A stretch of DNA of 64,000 bases from Candidatus Bathyarchaeota archaeon (GTDB lineage: Archaea > Thermoproteota > Bathyarchaeia > Bathyarchaeales > Bathycorpusculaceae), in the NCBI GenBank assembly GCA_963775465.1, contig CAVZIW010000006.1, positions 224,001-288,000 of the forward strand, read 5' to 3'. Below are positions 39,777 to 48,748 of this stretch, one piece after another. A model generated the notes under the pieces. The model ran no database searches, was not told where the DNA came from, and was given only the letters and a program-made list of their open reading frames with translations. The position numbers and the translations under genes were made by a program. Numbering within the stretch: position 1 is the first letter of the stretch; each line of letters starts with the position of its first letter.

Positions 39777-39793
39777 GCCGAGGTAGCTCAGCC
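39777..39793 (+). mobile_element. tRNA 5' fragment, putative att site
   Basis: GCCGAGGTAGCTCAGCC matches an acceptor 5' strand plus TAGCTCAG D-arm start (tRNA-Phe-like); the following sequence is not tRNA. Confidence 0.6.
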
Positions 39794-39981
39794 ACATTTG
39801 AAGTGGATACTTCTCCCATACAAATTAATTTCTTTTCTTTTTTTCTCTGAAAGAACAGTATTTCAAAATCCAATAAATTTTACCTTATTTTAGTTGTTGA
39901 TTGCACATAGGGTAGACCCTAAGTTCTTTGAACCCTCCCAAAGTGAAGATTCATAACTAATGAAATTCTTGTTCGCCTCAA

Positions 39982-41142
39982 TCATTCAGTCGCTGCTGAT
40001 CCGCCTTGCCATTGAGATATACGAAATATAACAAACTCAGCCGGCTTCACCGGAGCAACACCGATCAACATTATTAATCTTCCATTATCTATATCATCTT
40101 GCGTCATTGTGTTGCGATCGCATTTCACGAAGAAAGCTTGTTCCGGAGTTGTTCCCATCAGAGCGCCGCCTTTCCATACAGTTGTCAAAAATTGTGATGC
40201 AGCCTGCTTTACCCTTGCCCAAAGTCTCTCATTATTAGGTTCAAAAACAACCCATTGGGTTCCCTCTTCAATCGATTCCTCAAGGTACAAAAACAAACGC
40301 CGAAGGTTGATGTATTTCCAAACGGGGTCATTTGAAGTTGTTCGAGCGCCCCACACACGGAAACCTCGACCACTAAATTCTCGCAAACAGTTTACCCCAA
40401 GAGGATTTAGCATTTCTTGTTGCGCTCGGGAGATTTGCTGTTCTGGACCGAGAACCCCTTCTATGACTTCATTGACTGGCGCTTTGTGAACCCCGCGTTG
40501 CAAGTCGGCTCGTGCATAGATCCCGCATATGTGTCCGCTGGGCGGGATACACAAAATTTCTTCTGTATCAGGATGTCGGATTTTTATCCAGGGATAATAT
40601 AGTGCAGCATACGATGAGTTGTACAAAGACCGCTGCTTCCGAATCACGTCCAGATTCGCACATTTTTTTGAGTCAAGCACGGCAAAGCGATTCTTCAGGT
40701 TTTCACAATGCTCAATCATAGCATTATGAATTTTCTGGGTTGTTCCATTGGGAATTGCTAAGATTTTGATTTCGTCGATTCCATTAAACGCCCAAAGCCC
40801 AGTTCTCTGACTTGGTTCTCTGGAGTCTTTGCCTATAATAGTTTCATCGATAACCACGCCTTCTGTAGCTGAAACACGATTTATGTAGACTCTGTGACCA
40901 CCGTTCTGAAAAAAGCCTTCGACAGCATGAGGCAGATAACGGTAATCACCATAACTTGTGTCCAAATAACCACCGAATAACCTTTGAAATTCGGAGAAGC
41001 TCGTAACAAGTGTGGGTTGGTTGAGCGGCCCTTTCTGAGTTAAACCCACCATGCCTGTTGTACTGGTGCTCACGCCTTCGATAGGTTTTGCACCTATTTC
41101 TACTTCTTCAATGTAAACTTTGGGTGATAAATATTCTGGAAT
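39982..41142 (-). CDS. contractile tail sheath protein (eCIS Afp2/3/4-like)
   Basis: (I)PEYLSPKVYIEE N-terminus, FFQNGG, AALYYPW, PPSGHICG, RGVHKAP, VWGART, WVVFEPN and APVKPAEFVIFRI. Confidence 0.93.
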   Translation of the reverse strand: MPEYLSPKVYIEEVEIGAKPIEGVSTSTTGMVGLTQKGPLNQPTLVTSFSEFQRLFGGYLDTSYGDYRYLPHAVEGFFQNGGHRVYINRVSATEGVVIDETIIGKDSREPSQRTGLWAFNGIDEIKILAIPNGTTQKIHNAMIEHCENLKNRFAVLDSKKCANLDVIRKQRSLYNSSYAALYYPWIKIRHPDTEEILCIPPSGHICGIYARADLQRGVHKAPVNEVIEGVLGPEQQISRAQQEMLNPLGVNCLREFSGRGFRVWGARTTSNDPVWKYINLRRLFLYLEESIEEGTQWVVFEPNNERLWARVKQAASQFLTTVWKGGALMGTTPEQAFFVKCDRNTMTQDDIDNGRLIMLIGVAPVKPAEFVIFRISQWQGGSAATE

Positions 41143-41296
41143 TGGCTATTCCTCTGGTTATTGCTATGTGAGTTTTTTCTTATAAAATGTGGCTTAAATT
41201 TAAGTGGGCGCTTTAGATTCTGTCCCGATTTCTTAGACTGTATTAATCGATAATGATAAATGTTAAACTAATCATTAAAGACTGGGAGCTGATTTA

Positions 41297-41809
41297 ATGC
41301 CGGAGTTTAGTGTTAATGCAACTCGTTTTGATCCATACAAGAATTTTAAATTCAGAATTAAGTGGGATGGCAAATATGTCGCTGGTTTGAGCAAAATGTC
41401 AGCTTTAAAACGAACCACTGAGGTAGTTAAACATCGATCAGGTGGAGATCCAAGTTCAAGCAGAAAGTCTCCAGGTCGAACTGAATATGAGGCAATCAGG
41501 TTAGAACGTGGAGTCACTCATGATTTGGAGTTTGAAAACTGGGCTAACAAGGTATGGAACTTTGGTGCTGTATTGGGCGGTGAAGTTTCCCTTAAGGATT
41601 TTCGCAAGGACATAATAATTGAAATCTATAATGAAGCAGGACAAATGGCAATAGCTTACAAAATTTATCGTTGTTGGGTTTCAGAATACCAAGCACTGCC
41701 AGAGTTAGATGCTAACTCAAACGCTATTGCTATTCAGAGTATAAAGTTGGAAAATGAGGGTTGGGAAAGAGACACCGATGTCACTGAGCCAACTGAGCCT
41801 TCAATTTAG
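41297..41809 (+). CDS. contractile tail tube protein (T4 gp19/Afp1-5-like)
   Basis: RFDPYKNFKFR, RKSPGRTEYEAIRLERGVT, FRKDIIIE and LDANSNAIAIQSIKLENEGW motifs. Confidence 0.93.
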   Translation: MPEFSVNATRFDPYKNFKFRIKWDGKYVAGLSKMSALKRTTEVVKHRSGGDPSSSRKSPGRTEYEAIRLERGVTHDLEFENWANKVWNFGAVLGGEVSLKDFRKDIIIEIYNEAGQMAIAYKIYRCWVSEYQALPELDANSNAIAIQSIKLENEGWERDTDVTEPTEPSI

Positions 41810-41845
41810 CCTTCAATTTTCCTGTTAATTCTGGAGAATACCCTC

Positions 41846-43000
41846 TTGGCTCCACTAATTTCAAGCCGATCCAAAACTGTTAAAGGAGCGTTAGTTTTAG
41901 TCAGATCTGCTTCAAAGTCTTCTGTTAGCGATCTTGATCCTCTTAGCTTTATTTTTCAATACAATCCTGAGATGCTTACTCACACGTTTTCCTCTTCAGA
42001 CTGCGAAGAAGTAGAAAGGCAGGAAAAAGGGCAGAGTGCTGCAAGCAAAATCGTTGAATTAATAAACTTGAACTTAGAACTCGATGCAACCGATCCGCTT
42101 ATACAACCAAATCTGCACCAAGAAATTGTTGAATACGGCCTTCATCCAAGCCTTGCCATTCTGGAATCAATCCTGCTCTCTCAAAACTCCACATCATCTA
42201 TCGTTCTCTTTACGTGGGGTCCCAATCGGTCAATTCCTGTTTCAGTAGAAAACATGAGAATTTTAGAGGAGGTTTTTGATACCAAGTTAAACCCAATTCG
42301 GGTAAAGATTGAACTTGCTATGAGAGTACTTGATATCTCGAAATTTAGAAAAGGTTCAAAGGGTTACACTCTTTGTCTACTTCACTCAGATCGAAGAAAT
42401 TTCTTCATAAAAAAACGTGTCGACAGAAGTCCACTCAATGTGTCATTTGCGACAAAAATTGTTCCTCAACATAGCTGGAAAGATTTAGTTATGCCTATTG
42501 ATAAGAAAGAACAAATACGCAAAATATGCAATTACGCAAAGAATAACCCTAAAACTTTTGAAACTTGGGGCTTTGATAAACATTCTCGACGAAAGGGGTT
42601 CAACATTCTGTTTTTAAATCCATCTGAGTCTGGAAAAACTATGGTTGCTGAAGTCATCGCCAGTGAAATTAAACTTGATTTGTTCAAGATTGATCTTTCG
42701 AGGGTTGTCAGTAAGTATATTGGGGAGACAGAGAAGAATCTGAATAGAATTTTTAAAGATGCAGAAGATTCTGATGCGGTTCTGTTTTTCGACGAAGCAG
42801 ATGCTTTATTTGGGAAAAGAAGTGAAGTAAAAGATGCCCATGACAGGTACTCCAATATTGAAGTCAACTATTTGCTACAGAAAATAGAAGAACACCCAGG
42901 AATCGTTATTCTCGCCACTAATACCAGCGGGAAAGTTGAGGAAGCATTCGTGAGACGGATGAATTTCATTGTAGAGTTTCCATCTCCAAATGGAAATTAA
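41846..43000 (+). CDS. fusion of eCIS tube-initiator-like domain and Afp15-like AAA+ ATPase (degenerate Walker A, truncated)
   Basis: N-terminal FQYNPEMLT...LELDATD...LFTWGPNRSIPV...EEVFDTKLNPIR. C-terminal WKDLVMP, NPSESGKT, VVSKYIGETEKNL, FFDEADALFGKRSEVKDAHDRY and RRMNFIVEFP, then a stop. Confidence 0.8.
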   Translation: MAPLISSRSKTVKGALVLVRSASKSSVSDLDPLSFIFQYNPEMLTHTFSSSDCEEVERQEKGQSAASKIVELINLNLELDATDPLIQPNLHQEIVEYGLHPSLAILESILLSQNSTSSIVLFTWGPNRSIPVSVENMRILEEVFDTKLNPIRVKIELAMRVLDISKFRKGSKGYTLCLLHSDRRNFFIKKRVDRSPLNVSFATKIVPQHSWKDLVMPIDKKEQIRKICNYAKNNPKTFETWGFDKHSRRKGFNILFLNPSESGKTMVAEVIASEIKLDLFKIDLSRVVSKYIGETEKNLNRIFKDAEDSDAVLFFDEADALFGKRSEVKDAHDRYSNIEVNYLLQKIEEHPGIVILATNTSGKVEEAFVRRMNFIVEFPSPNGN

Positions 43001-43539
43001 ACCTGGAGATAATTTTTCCTTAGCTAAGAGAAGGCATCATCGGTAAATCCTACGTTTTATCTATTTCTCTCTTATCTACTATAGAATGAGGTAGTTCTCT
43101 ATTTGATGGTGACTTTTTTGCTTACATAGATACATGGACAGGTTACTGAATAAAATGACAAAATAGGCAACCCACGATTTGAAGGATGCGCGCGCTTCTT
43201 TTCCCACACAAACTAATCCCTCATCTTTTTTGTTTGATTTAACTAAAGTAAAATATTATAAATCTACTCAGCATAGAAAGAACCTATATTGAATTTCCTC
43301 TATAATCAACTTACATTTAAAGTGAGAGTTTGTCTCAAAAAATGAACAGATTTGCGCGCGCTTTTTTGGATTAAATTAAATTTTACACGCATAAAATACG
43401 TGTTTATGAATTTAGTTTAAACACTTTAGCATTTCTGGCAACTAAATTCGGCCTTTCTAGAATAAAGCATGCTAATTGAAAGGTTTTATATCTATGCCTC
43501 TCATAATTTGAACAGCTGATCTTGTAGCGCTGAAAAATT

Positions 43540-45156
43540 ATGATTGCCTCGTCAGATGAAAGCTGGAATATATCAAAGTTCAAATTTTACTTCACTAAAT
43601 GGCGAACAATCTTCGTCGTTTTTGCCCTAATCTACTTTGCTGTTCTACTTTTGAATCTGGTAAATCAACCTTTTAATTGGGATGAAGTTACACATCTAAA
43701 CCGCGCGTTAGAGCTAAGAAACGGTCTCTTCCATGACTTTGTCCGGGACTCATTTTATCCGCCACTTTTCTCCCTTTTCACCACTGTTACTTTTGATTTA
43801 TTTGGTGCAAGTTTGTTCTCTGCCCGATTGGTATCAGCACTATTTAGCGTCCTAACCCTTTGGATTGTATATGAATTGACAAGCAGCATGTATGACGAAA
43901 AAACTGCTCTACTTTCTGTCGTGCTTTTAGCGGTTATGCCTGGCTATTTTTGGCTTGCTCGTCTTGCTTTAATTGAAGTAACCCTTGTTTTCTTCTTCAC
44001 ATTGTCACTGTTTTTCTTTTATCGCTGGTTAATTACCCAAAAAAACTATATGGCGGTTTTAAGCGGCTTAGCTTTAGGCTTTGGGCTTTTAGCGAAGTAC
44101 CAGATTATTGCTGCTGTGGTTTGCATGGCAGTAAGCATGCTATTCTTGGGAAGAGGTCGATATAAATGGATGTTCTCACGATTTTCGATATTAATTGTAA
44201 CAGCATTATCAGTTATTATTCCATGGCTTGTAATTGCCTACAATGTCCTATCTTCCTACGTTTTTAGTCAATGGATATATGCTTTGCAGATGGGCAACCC
44301 TGGAAGGTCACTCTATAGCATTCGTTTCCCCACTCCAATATTCTATCTCGTAGAGATGGTTTGGCCATACCTTGATGTCCATCCGATATCTCTGCTACTT
44401 TACATTGTTGGTTTAGCTGGACTAGGATTGTTTGTTTGGCGAAGGAGACGTGAAGATAAATTTGTTTTTGTTTGGTTCATCACTGTATTTGTGTTTTTTA
44501 CATTGATATCAAATAGGGAGTGGCGTTATGTATTAACGCTGTTTCCAGCCTTAGCAATCTCTGCTTCGGCTTTGATGATATTTACTTATGAAAAATTCTG
44601 TGGTTATTTTGTAAACAGAGTGAGATTAAGTAAAAAGACAGGCGCAAGAATTGCGGCTGGATTATTAATTGGGTTTCTTTGTTTTTCGGTGGCGTACAGT
44701 GTAAACGACGTTTACCTAAATGTCAAACAAAATAGCTTTAATATTGAAATCAAACAAGCAACCGACTACGTTATTGCTAATGATCCTGGAAACCAATCCA
44801 TCATTGTACTTTGTCCCTTTAACTATTTTAGTCAAGACATGGTGAAATTTTACCTCTGGGAAGCAGGCTACCCTCAAATCCAAACTTACCAATATCCTGC
44901 TTTACCAGTGGATACATACACACCTACTTTCAACATAACTGAATTGATCGCATTGTGTAAACAATACAACGTAAAATTTGTTTACACCTATGAAAATGGA
45001 GGCACAACACCCTACTTCAACACTACACTGAGTTTAGTGGATATTTACATACAAATATATAATTCAGAAGCATTCAGTGAAATTTCCCCACAAACAACAT
45101 TTGGAGTAAACCCCAGACGAGTAATAGTTCTAACCTTTCTCGGAGATGTCAGTTAA
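43540..45156 (+). CDS. glycosyltransferase family 39 (ArnT/PMT-like) membrane protein
   Basis: WDEVTH, YPPLF, ARLVSALF, GLLAKY and REWRY motifs; many TM helices. Confidence 0.88.
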   Translation: MIASSDESWNISKFKFYFTKWRTIFVVFALIYFAVLLLNLVNQPFNWDEVTHLNRALELRNGLFHDFVRDSFYPPLFSLFTTVTFDLFGASLFSARLVSALFSVLTLWIVYELTSSMYDEKTALLSVVLLAVMPGYFWLARLALIEVTLVFFFTLSLFFFYRWLITQKNYMAVLSGLALGFGLLAKYQIIAAVVCMAVSMLFLGRGRYKWMFSRFSILIVTALSVIIPWLVIAYNVLSSYVFSQWIYALQMGNPGRSLYSIRFPTPIFYLVEMVWPYLDVHPISLLLYIVGLAGLGLFVWRRRREDKFVFVWFITVFVFFTLISNREWRYVLTLFPALAISASALMIFTYEKFCGYFVNRVRLSKKTGARIAAGLLIGFLCFSVAYSVNDVYLNVKQNSFNIEIKQATDYVIANDPGNQSIIVLCPFNYFSQDMVKFYLWEAGYPQIQTYQYPALPVDTYTPTFNITELIALCKQYNVKFVYTYENGGTTPYFNTTLSLVDIYIQIYNSEAFSEISPQTTFGVNPRRVIVLTFLGDVS

Positions 45157-45475
45157 TATTCATTGATTAGCTAAAAAATAATCTGGAGTTTTACTTCCTG
45201 ATAAGGGAACTTTAATTTTTCGGCAAAATATTGTCACTGTTGATTGCGCATTAAATTAAGCTTATTAAGTACCCGAGTTCCCAAGATTTTGATGACTTTG
45301 TTCTGCACCGATTTCTATAATGTGGTGGCTGCGTATAATATACCATAAGAGATTATTTTAATTATTTAAAATTATTTTCTTCATTTAAGTAGAAATCTTT
45401 TCTGTCAAGGGTAAAGGATATATCTGTTAACTATTCCTTGTTTTTTTACATCCTCAAACAAAACTAGGCGAAATT

Positions 45476-46387
45476 ATGGCTTTAGCGGATAAAATTCTAA
45501 AACTCAAAAAAGAAAAGAAAGCCATCATATTGGCTCATAATTATCAGCGTCCAGAAGTTCAAGAGGTAGCTGACTATGTTGGTGATAGCATTGAGCTTAG
45601 CCGTAAAGCAATTGTAGAAAAAGACGCTGAAATGATAGTGTTTTGTGCAGTCGATTTCATGGCTGAATCTGCCGCTATCTTAAATCCTAAAAAAAAGGTT
45701 CTTTTGCCTTGTTTGGGCGCGCGTTGTCCTATGGCACAGATGATTACGGTTGATGAAATACGTCGTGCCAAAATTAAATATCCGGGTGCACCCGTTGTTT
45801 TGTACGTTAACACTTTAGCTTCATGCAAGGCAGAATGTGATATTTGTTGCACAAGTGCAAATGCAGTTGAAGTTATAAGATCTCTCAAAGAGGAAACCAT
45901 TCTCTTTGGACCGGATAAAAACTTGGCTGAGTATGTTAGCGAGGAAACAGGTAAAAAACTTATTCCAATTCCCGAAAACGGTTTCTGCCCTACGCATCTT
46001 CTCTTTCAACCTGAAGATGTGATAGTCTTGAAGATGCAGCATCCAAACGCCACTGTTATGGTTCATCCTGAATGCAGTCGTGAAATGCGTGAAGTTGCCA
46101 ACTTTATCGGCAGTACTTCAAAGATGTGTCGCTATGCCAAAGAATCAAATGCACAAGATTTCATAGTGGGCACTGAAGAAGGCATTTTGGATCGATTGAG
46201 AAAGGAAAACACTGGTAAAAATTTTTATCTTGCATACGAAGGAGCTATTTGCCCTAACATGAAACTAACTACACTTGATAGGCTTTATGCTTCCTTGAAA
46301 GAAGAAAAAAACGTTGTTAAAGTTCCTGAACATATTGCCAAAAAAGCCCGTTCTTCACTCGAACGAATGTTTGAAGTTAAAAATTAA
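45476..46387 (+). CDS. nadA: quinolinate synthase
   Basis: ILAHNYQ, FMAESA, CPMA, CTSANA, HPEC and CPNMK motifs. Confidence 0.96.
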   Translation: MALADKILKLKKEKKAIILAHNYQRPEVQEVADYVGDSIELSRKAIVEKDAEMIVFCAVDFMAESAAILNPKKKVLLPCLGARCPMAQMITVDEIRRAKIKYPGAPVVLYVNTLASCKAECDICCTSANAVEVIRSLKEETILFGPDKNLAEYVSEETGKKLIPIPENGFCPTHLLFQPEDVIVLKMQHPNATVMVHPECSREMREVANFIGSTSKMCRYAKESNAQDFIVGTEEGILDRLRKENTGKNFYLAYEGAICPNMKLTTLDRLYASLKEEKNVVKVPEHIAKKARSSLERMFEVKN

Positions 46388-46791
46388 ACGGAAACAATCA
46401 TTGATTTGATGATTTTTACGCCTCTTCTTGTTGCCAATTCGTCGCTTAGGTGACGTATTTCTGAGCCTTTGCCTTTCACAGCGATTACTTCAAGGCAGTC
46501 ATGTTCTCCGAGGTGTATATGCATTGTTGAGGAAATTAGGTCGGTGTGGTGGTGTTGGGCTTCGGTCAGATCGCTTTCAAGTCCTCGAGTATCATGATTG
46601 TAGACCATTAAGATGACGCCTGTTTGCATAATGTTTTCTTCTTTAACCCATTTACGTTCAGAAACGTAGAGGCGCACAGCATCTTGGATGGCTTTACTTC
46701 TGCTTTTGTGACCCATTTTTTCTATTATGTCGTCGAAGTCCTTTAGGAGTTCGGGTGGAAAGGATACTCCGATTCGTGTCACTTTTGGCAT
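46384..46791 (-). CDS. nikR: nickel-responsive regulator
   Basis: RHH N-terminus (RIGVS...SRSKAIQDAVR) and the HIHL...CLE nickel site. Confidence 0.92.
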   Translation of the reverse strand: MPKVTRIGVSFPPELLKDFDDIIEKMGHKSRSKAIQDAVRLYVSERKWVKEENIMQTGVILMVYNHDTRGLESDLTEAQHHHTDLISSTMHIHLGEHDCLEVIAVKGKGSEIRHLSDELATRRGVKIIKSMIVSV

Positions 46792-46843
46792 TTTAATCCA
46801 GTGTAGAATTTGGTTGTTGTGCCTAAAAGCTTTTATTTTTTGA

Positions 46844-46871
46844 GTAACACGTTTTTTTAAAAAGGTGTTAT
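46844..46871. promoter_or_regulatory. putative NikR operator
   Basis: GTAACA-N16-TGTTAT dyad just upstream of nikR, with the same 6-N16-6 geometry as the E. coli NikR box. Confidence 0.55.
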
Positions 46872-47161
46872 TGGAACGGTTTGAATGTTTAAAATAGCTG
46901 TAATCAGAGATTAAGCATTTAACTCATAAAAAACTTACAAGACAGAACAGCAAATAACTGATTATCTCGAGCATTTCCATCGCATACTAGAATAATTTTT
47001 TGAGTTTAAAGAAGCGAATAATAAACTCTGAAGTGTGCGCATTCTCAATAGAGTAGCCTGTAATTTTATTATCACCTAGCTGATTAATATTTAGAACAAC
47101 CACTAGGTACCGCACCAAGATATTCCAAAGTTGAAAGCTTTTTATCCGCAATCTCCTAATC

Positions 47162-48061
47162 ATGGGGTTGATGTCGGGCAAAGATTTCTTCATTGATCGA
47201 TACCAACAGTTGGGTTGGACCTACCGCGAAACAAAGTTAAGGCAGACTATCCGAATCAATGAGACAAACGCTAAAGGGAAAAATCTCGTTGATCGACTTG
47301 AACATTTGGGTGTTAGCCTTGAAAAGATCCCTTTCCTTAAATCTGGTTATTGGGTGCAATCCTCTAAAGTTTCGTCAGGTGCAACTGCCGAATACCTTTT
47401 AGGCTTCTATTCAATTCAAGAGGCAGCTGCGCAAATCCCTGTTTCTCTTTTCACTAGATTGAAAGGAAAATTTGTACTCGATGCGTCAGCAGCTCCTGGA
47501 GGTAAAACTGTGCAATTAGCAGACTTAATGGAGAACACAGGAATAATTGTCGCTTTGGATGTGGAAAAGCGCCGCTTATCTGCCCTCTCAAACCATCTGG
47601 AACGGTGCCATGTAAGAAACACTTTGGTTTATTTGCTGGATGCAAGACTAACATCAAACCTAAAATTCAAATTTCATAGAATCCTGATAGATGCACCGTG
47701 TTCTGGAAACTTTGCTTCCGATCCTATCTGGTTTAAAAATCGTACTATAAAAGATGTAGAACGTAACTCGGCTTTGCAGCGGCAAATTTTAACTAAGGCA
47801 GTCGAATGTTTAGCTGATGATGGTGAACTTATTTATTCGACATGTTCACTGGAGCCCGAAGAAGATGAGCTTAATATAGATTGGGCGATAAAGAATCTCA
47901 AGTTAAGCATCGAAGAAATCAGCTGTCATGGTGAAAAAGGCTTAACGGAAATTTTCGGCAGAAAATTGGACCCTTTAGTCGAACGTTGCAGGAGGCTTTG
48001 GCCCGGAGAAACGCAGGGGTTTTTTGTATGCAAATTAAAAAAACGGAGCGTTGTGCTATGA
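47162..48061 (+). CDS. RsmB/NOP2 family RNA m5C methyltransferase
   Basis: AAPGGKT, DAPCSG and YSTCSLEPEEDE motifs. Confidence 0.93.
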   Translation: MGLMSGKDFFIDRYQQLGWTYRETKLRQTIRINETNAKGKNLVDRLEHLGVSLEKIPFLKSGYWVQSSKVSSGATAEYLLGFYSIQEAAAQIPVSLFTRLKGKFVLDASAAPGGKTVQLADLMENTGIIVALDVEKRRLSALSNHLERCHVRNTLVYLLDARLTSNLKFKFHRILIDAPCSGNFASDPIWFKNRTIKDVERNSALQRQILTKAVECLADDGELIYSTCSLEPEEDELNIDWAIKNLKLSIEEISCHGEKGLTEIFGRKLDPLVERCRRLWPGETQGFFVCKLKKRSVVL

Positions 48062-48534
48062 AAGCAGCTTCTCTATTCAACTTTATTTCTCAATTTAATG
48101 TTCAAATGGCTTTAAATCCTGAATTAATTTTCGAGAAGAATGGGCGTTTCTTTTTGCTCAACGATTTGATAAAGCCACTAGTTAATCGAGACTTTTTTTA
48201 CGCTGGTGTATATTTGGGGAAAGCTAAAGCAGGCAAGTTTTTTCCTAGCTTCATTTTGTTATCTTTACTTGCTAAGGAAGGGCAAGCTAACCGTATTGTA
48301 GTTGACAGAAAGTCTGCCTGGCTTTTCATTTGTGGAAGAGATGTTTTGAGAAAAAGTATTGTGCGGATACACGGTCAAGCAAAAAAGGGTACGAATACCT
48401 TGGTTTTAAATGAGTTTGGCGAATGTTTAGGTTTCGGAAGAATTCTTGGAAAGGTGACTGGTTTGAGTTTTGGCAATGAAATTGCAATCCGAAATGTATC
48501 GGATATTGGGGATTTCCTTCGACGTGAACGTTGA
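48058..48534 (+). CDS. NIP7-like PUA-domain ribosome biogenesis protein
   Basis: AGVYLG, AWLFICGRDV and DIGDFLRRE motifs; ATGA overlap with the upstream gene. Confidence 0.8.
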   Translation: MKAASLFNFISQFNVQMALNPELIFEKNGRFFLLNDLIKPLVNRDFFYAGVYLGKAKAGKFFPSFILLSLLAKEGQANRIVVDRKSAWLFICGRDVLRKSIVRIHGQAKKGTNTLVLNEFGECLGFGRILGKVTGLSFGNEIAIRNVSDIGDFLRRER

Positions 48535-48748
48535 AGAAGTTTTTTTTGGTCATTTGTCTAGAAATGAACTTATTTTTAGTGTTTTTTATCGCGCTAATTT
48601 TGGTGGAGTCTCATTACATTTTTTCAAGTTTTTATCTTATTACTGAACATTTATCAATTATATTAAAGCGATAGACTTATATATGTTTACGTTTAATCTG
48701 ATTTCCATAACATATGGAGAGCATTGCCAAGCCCAGGAGAAATTAAAA

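Noticed and set aside
39777-39850. Complete tRNA gene
   Set aside because: Only the first 17 nt are tRNA-like; no anticodon arm, T-arm or acceptor 3' strand follows.
39982-43000. Prophage or archaeal tailed virus
   Set aside because: No capsid, portal, terminase or replication genes; the sheath, tube and ATPase motifs are of the eCIS type.
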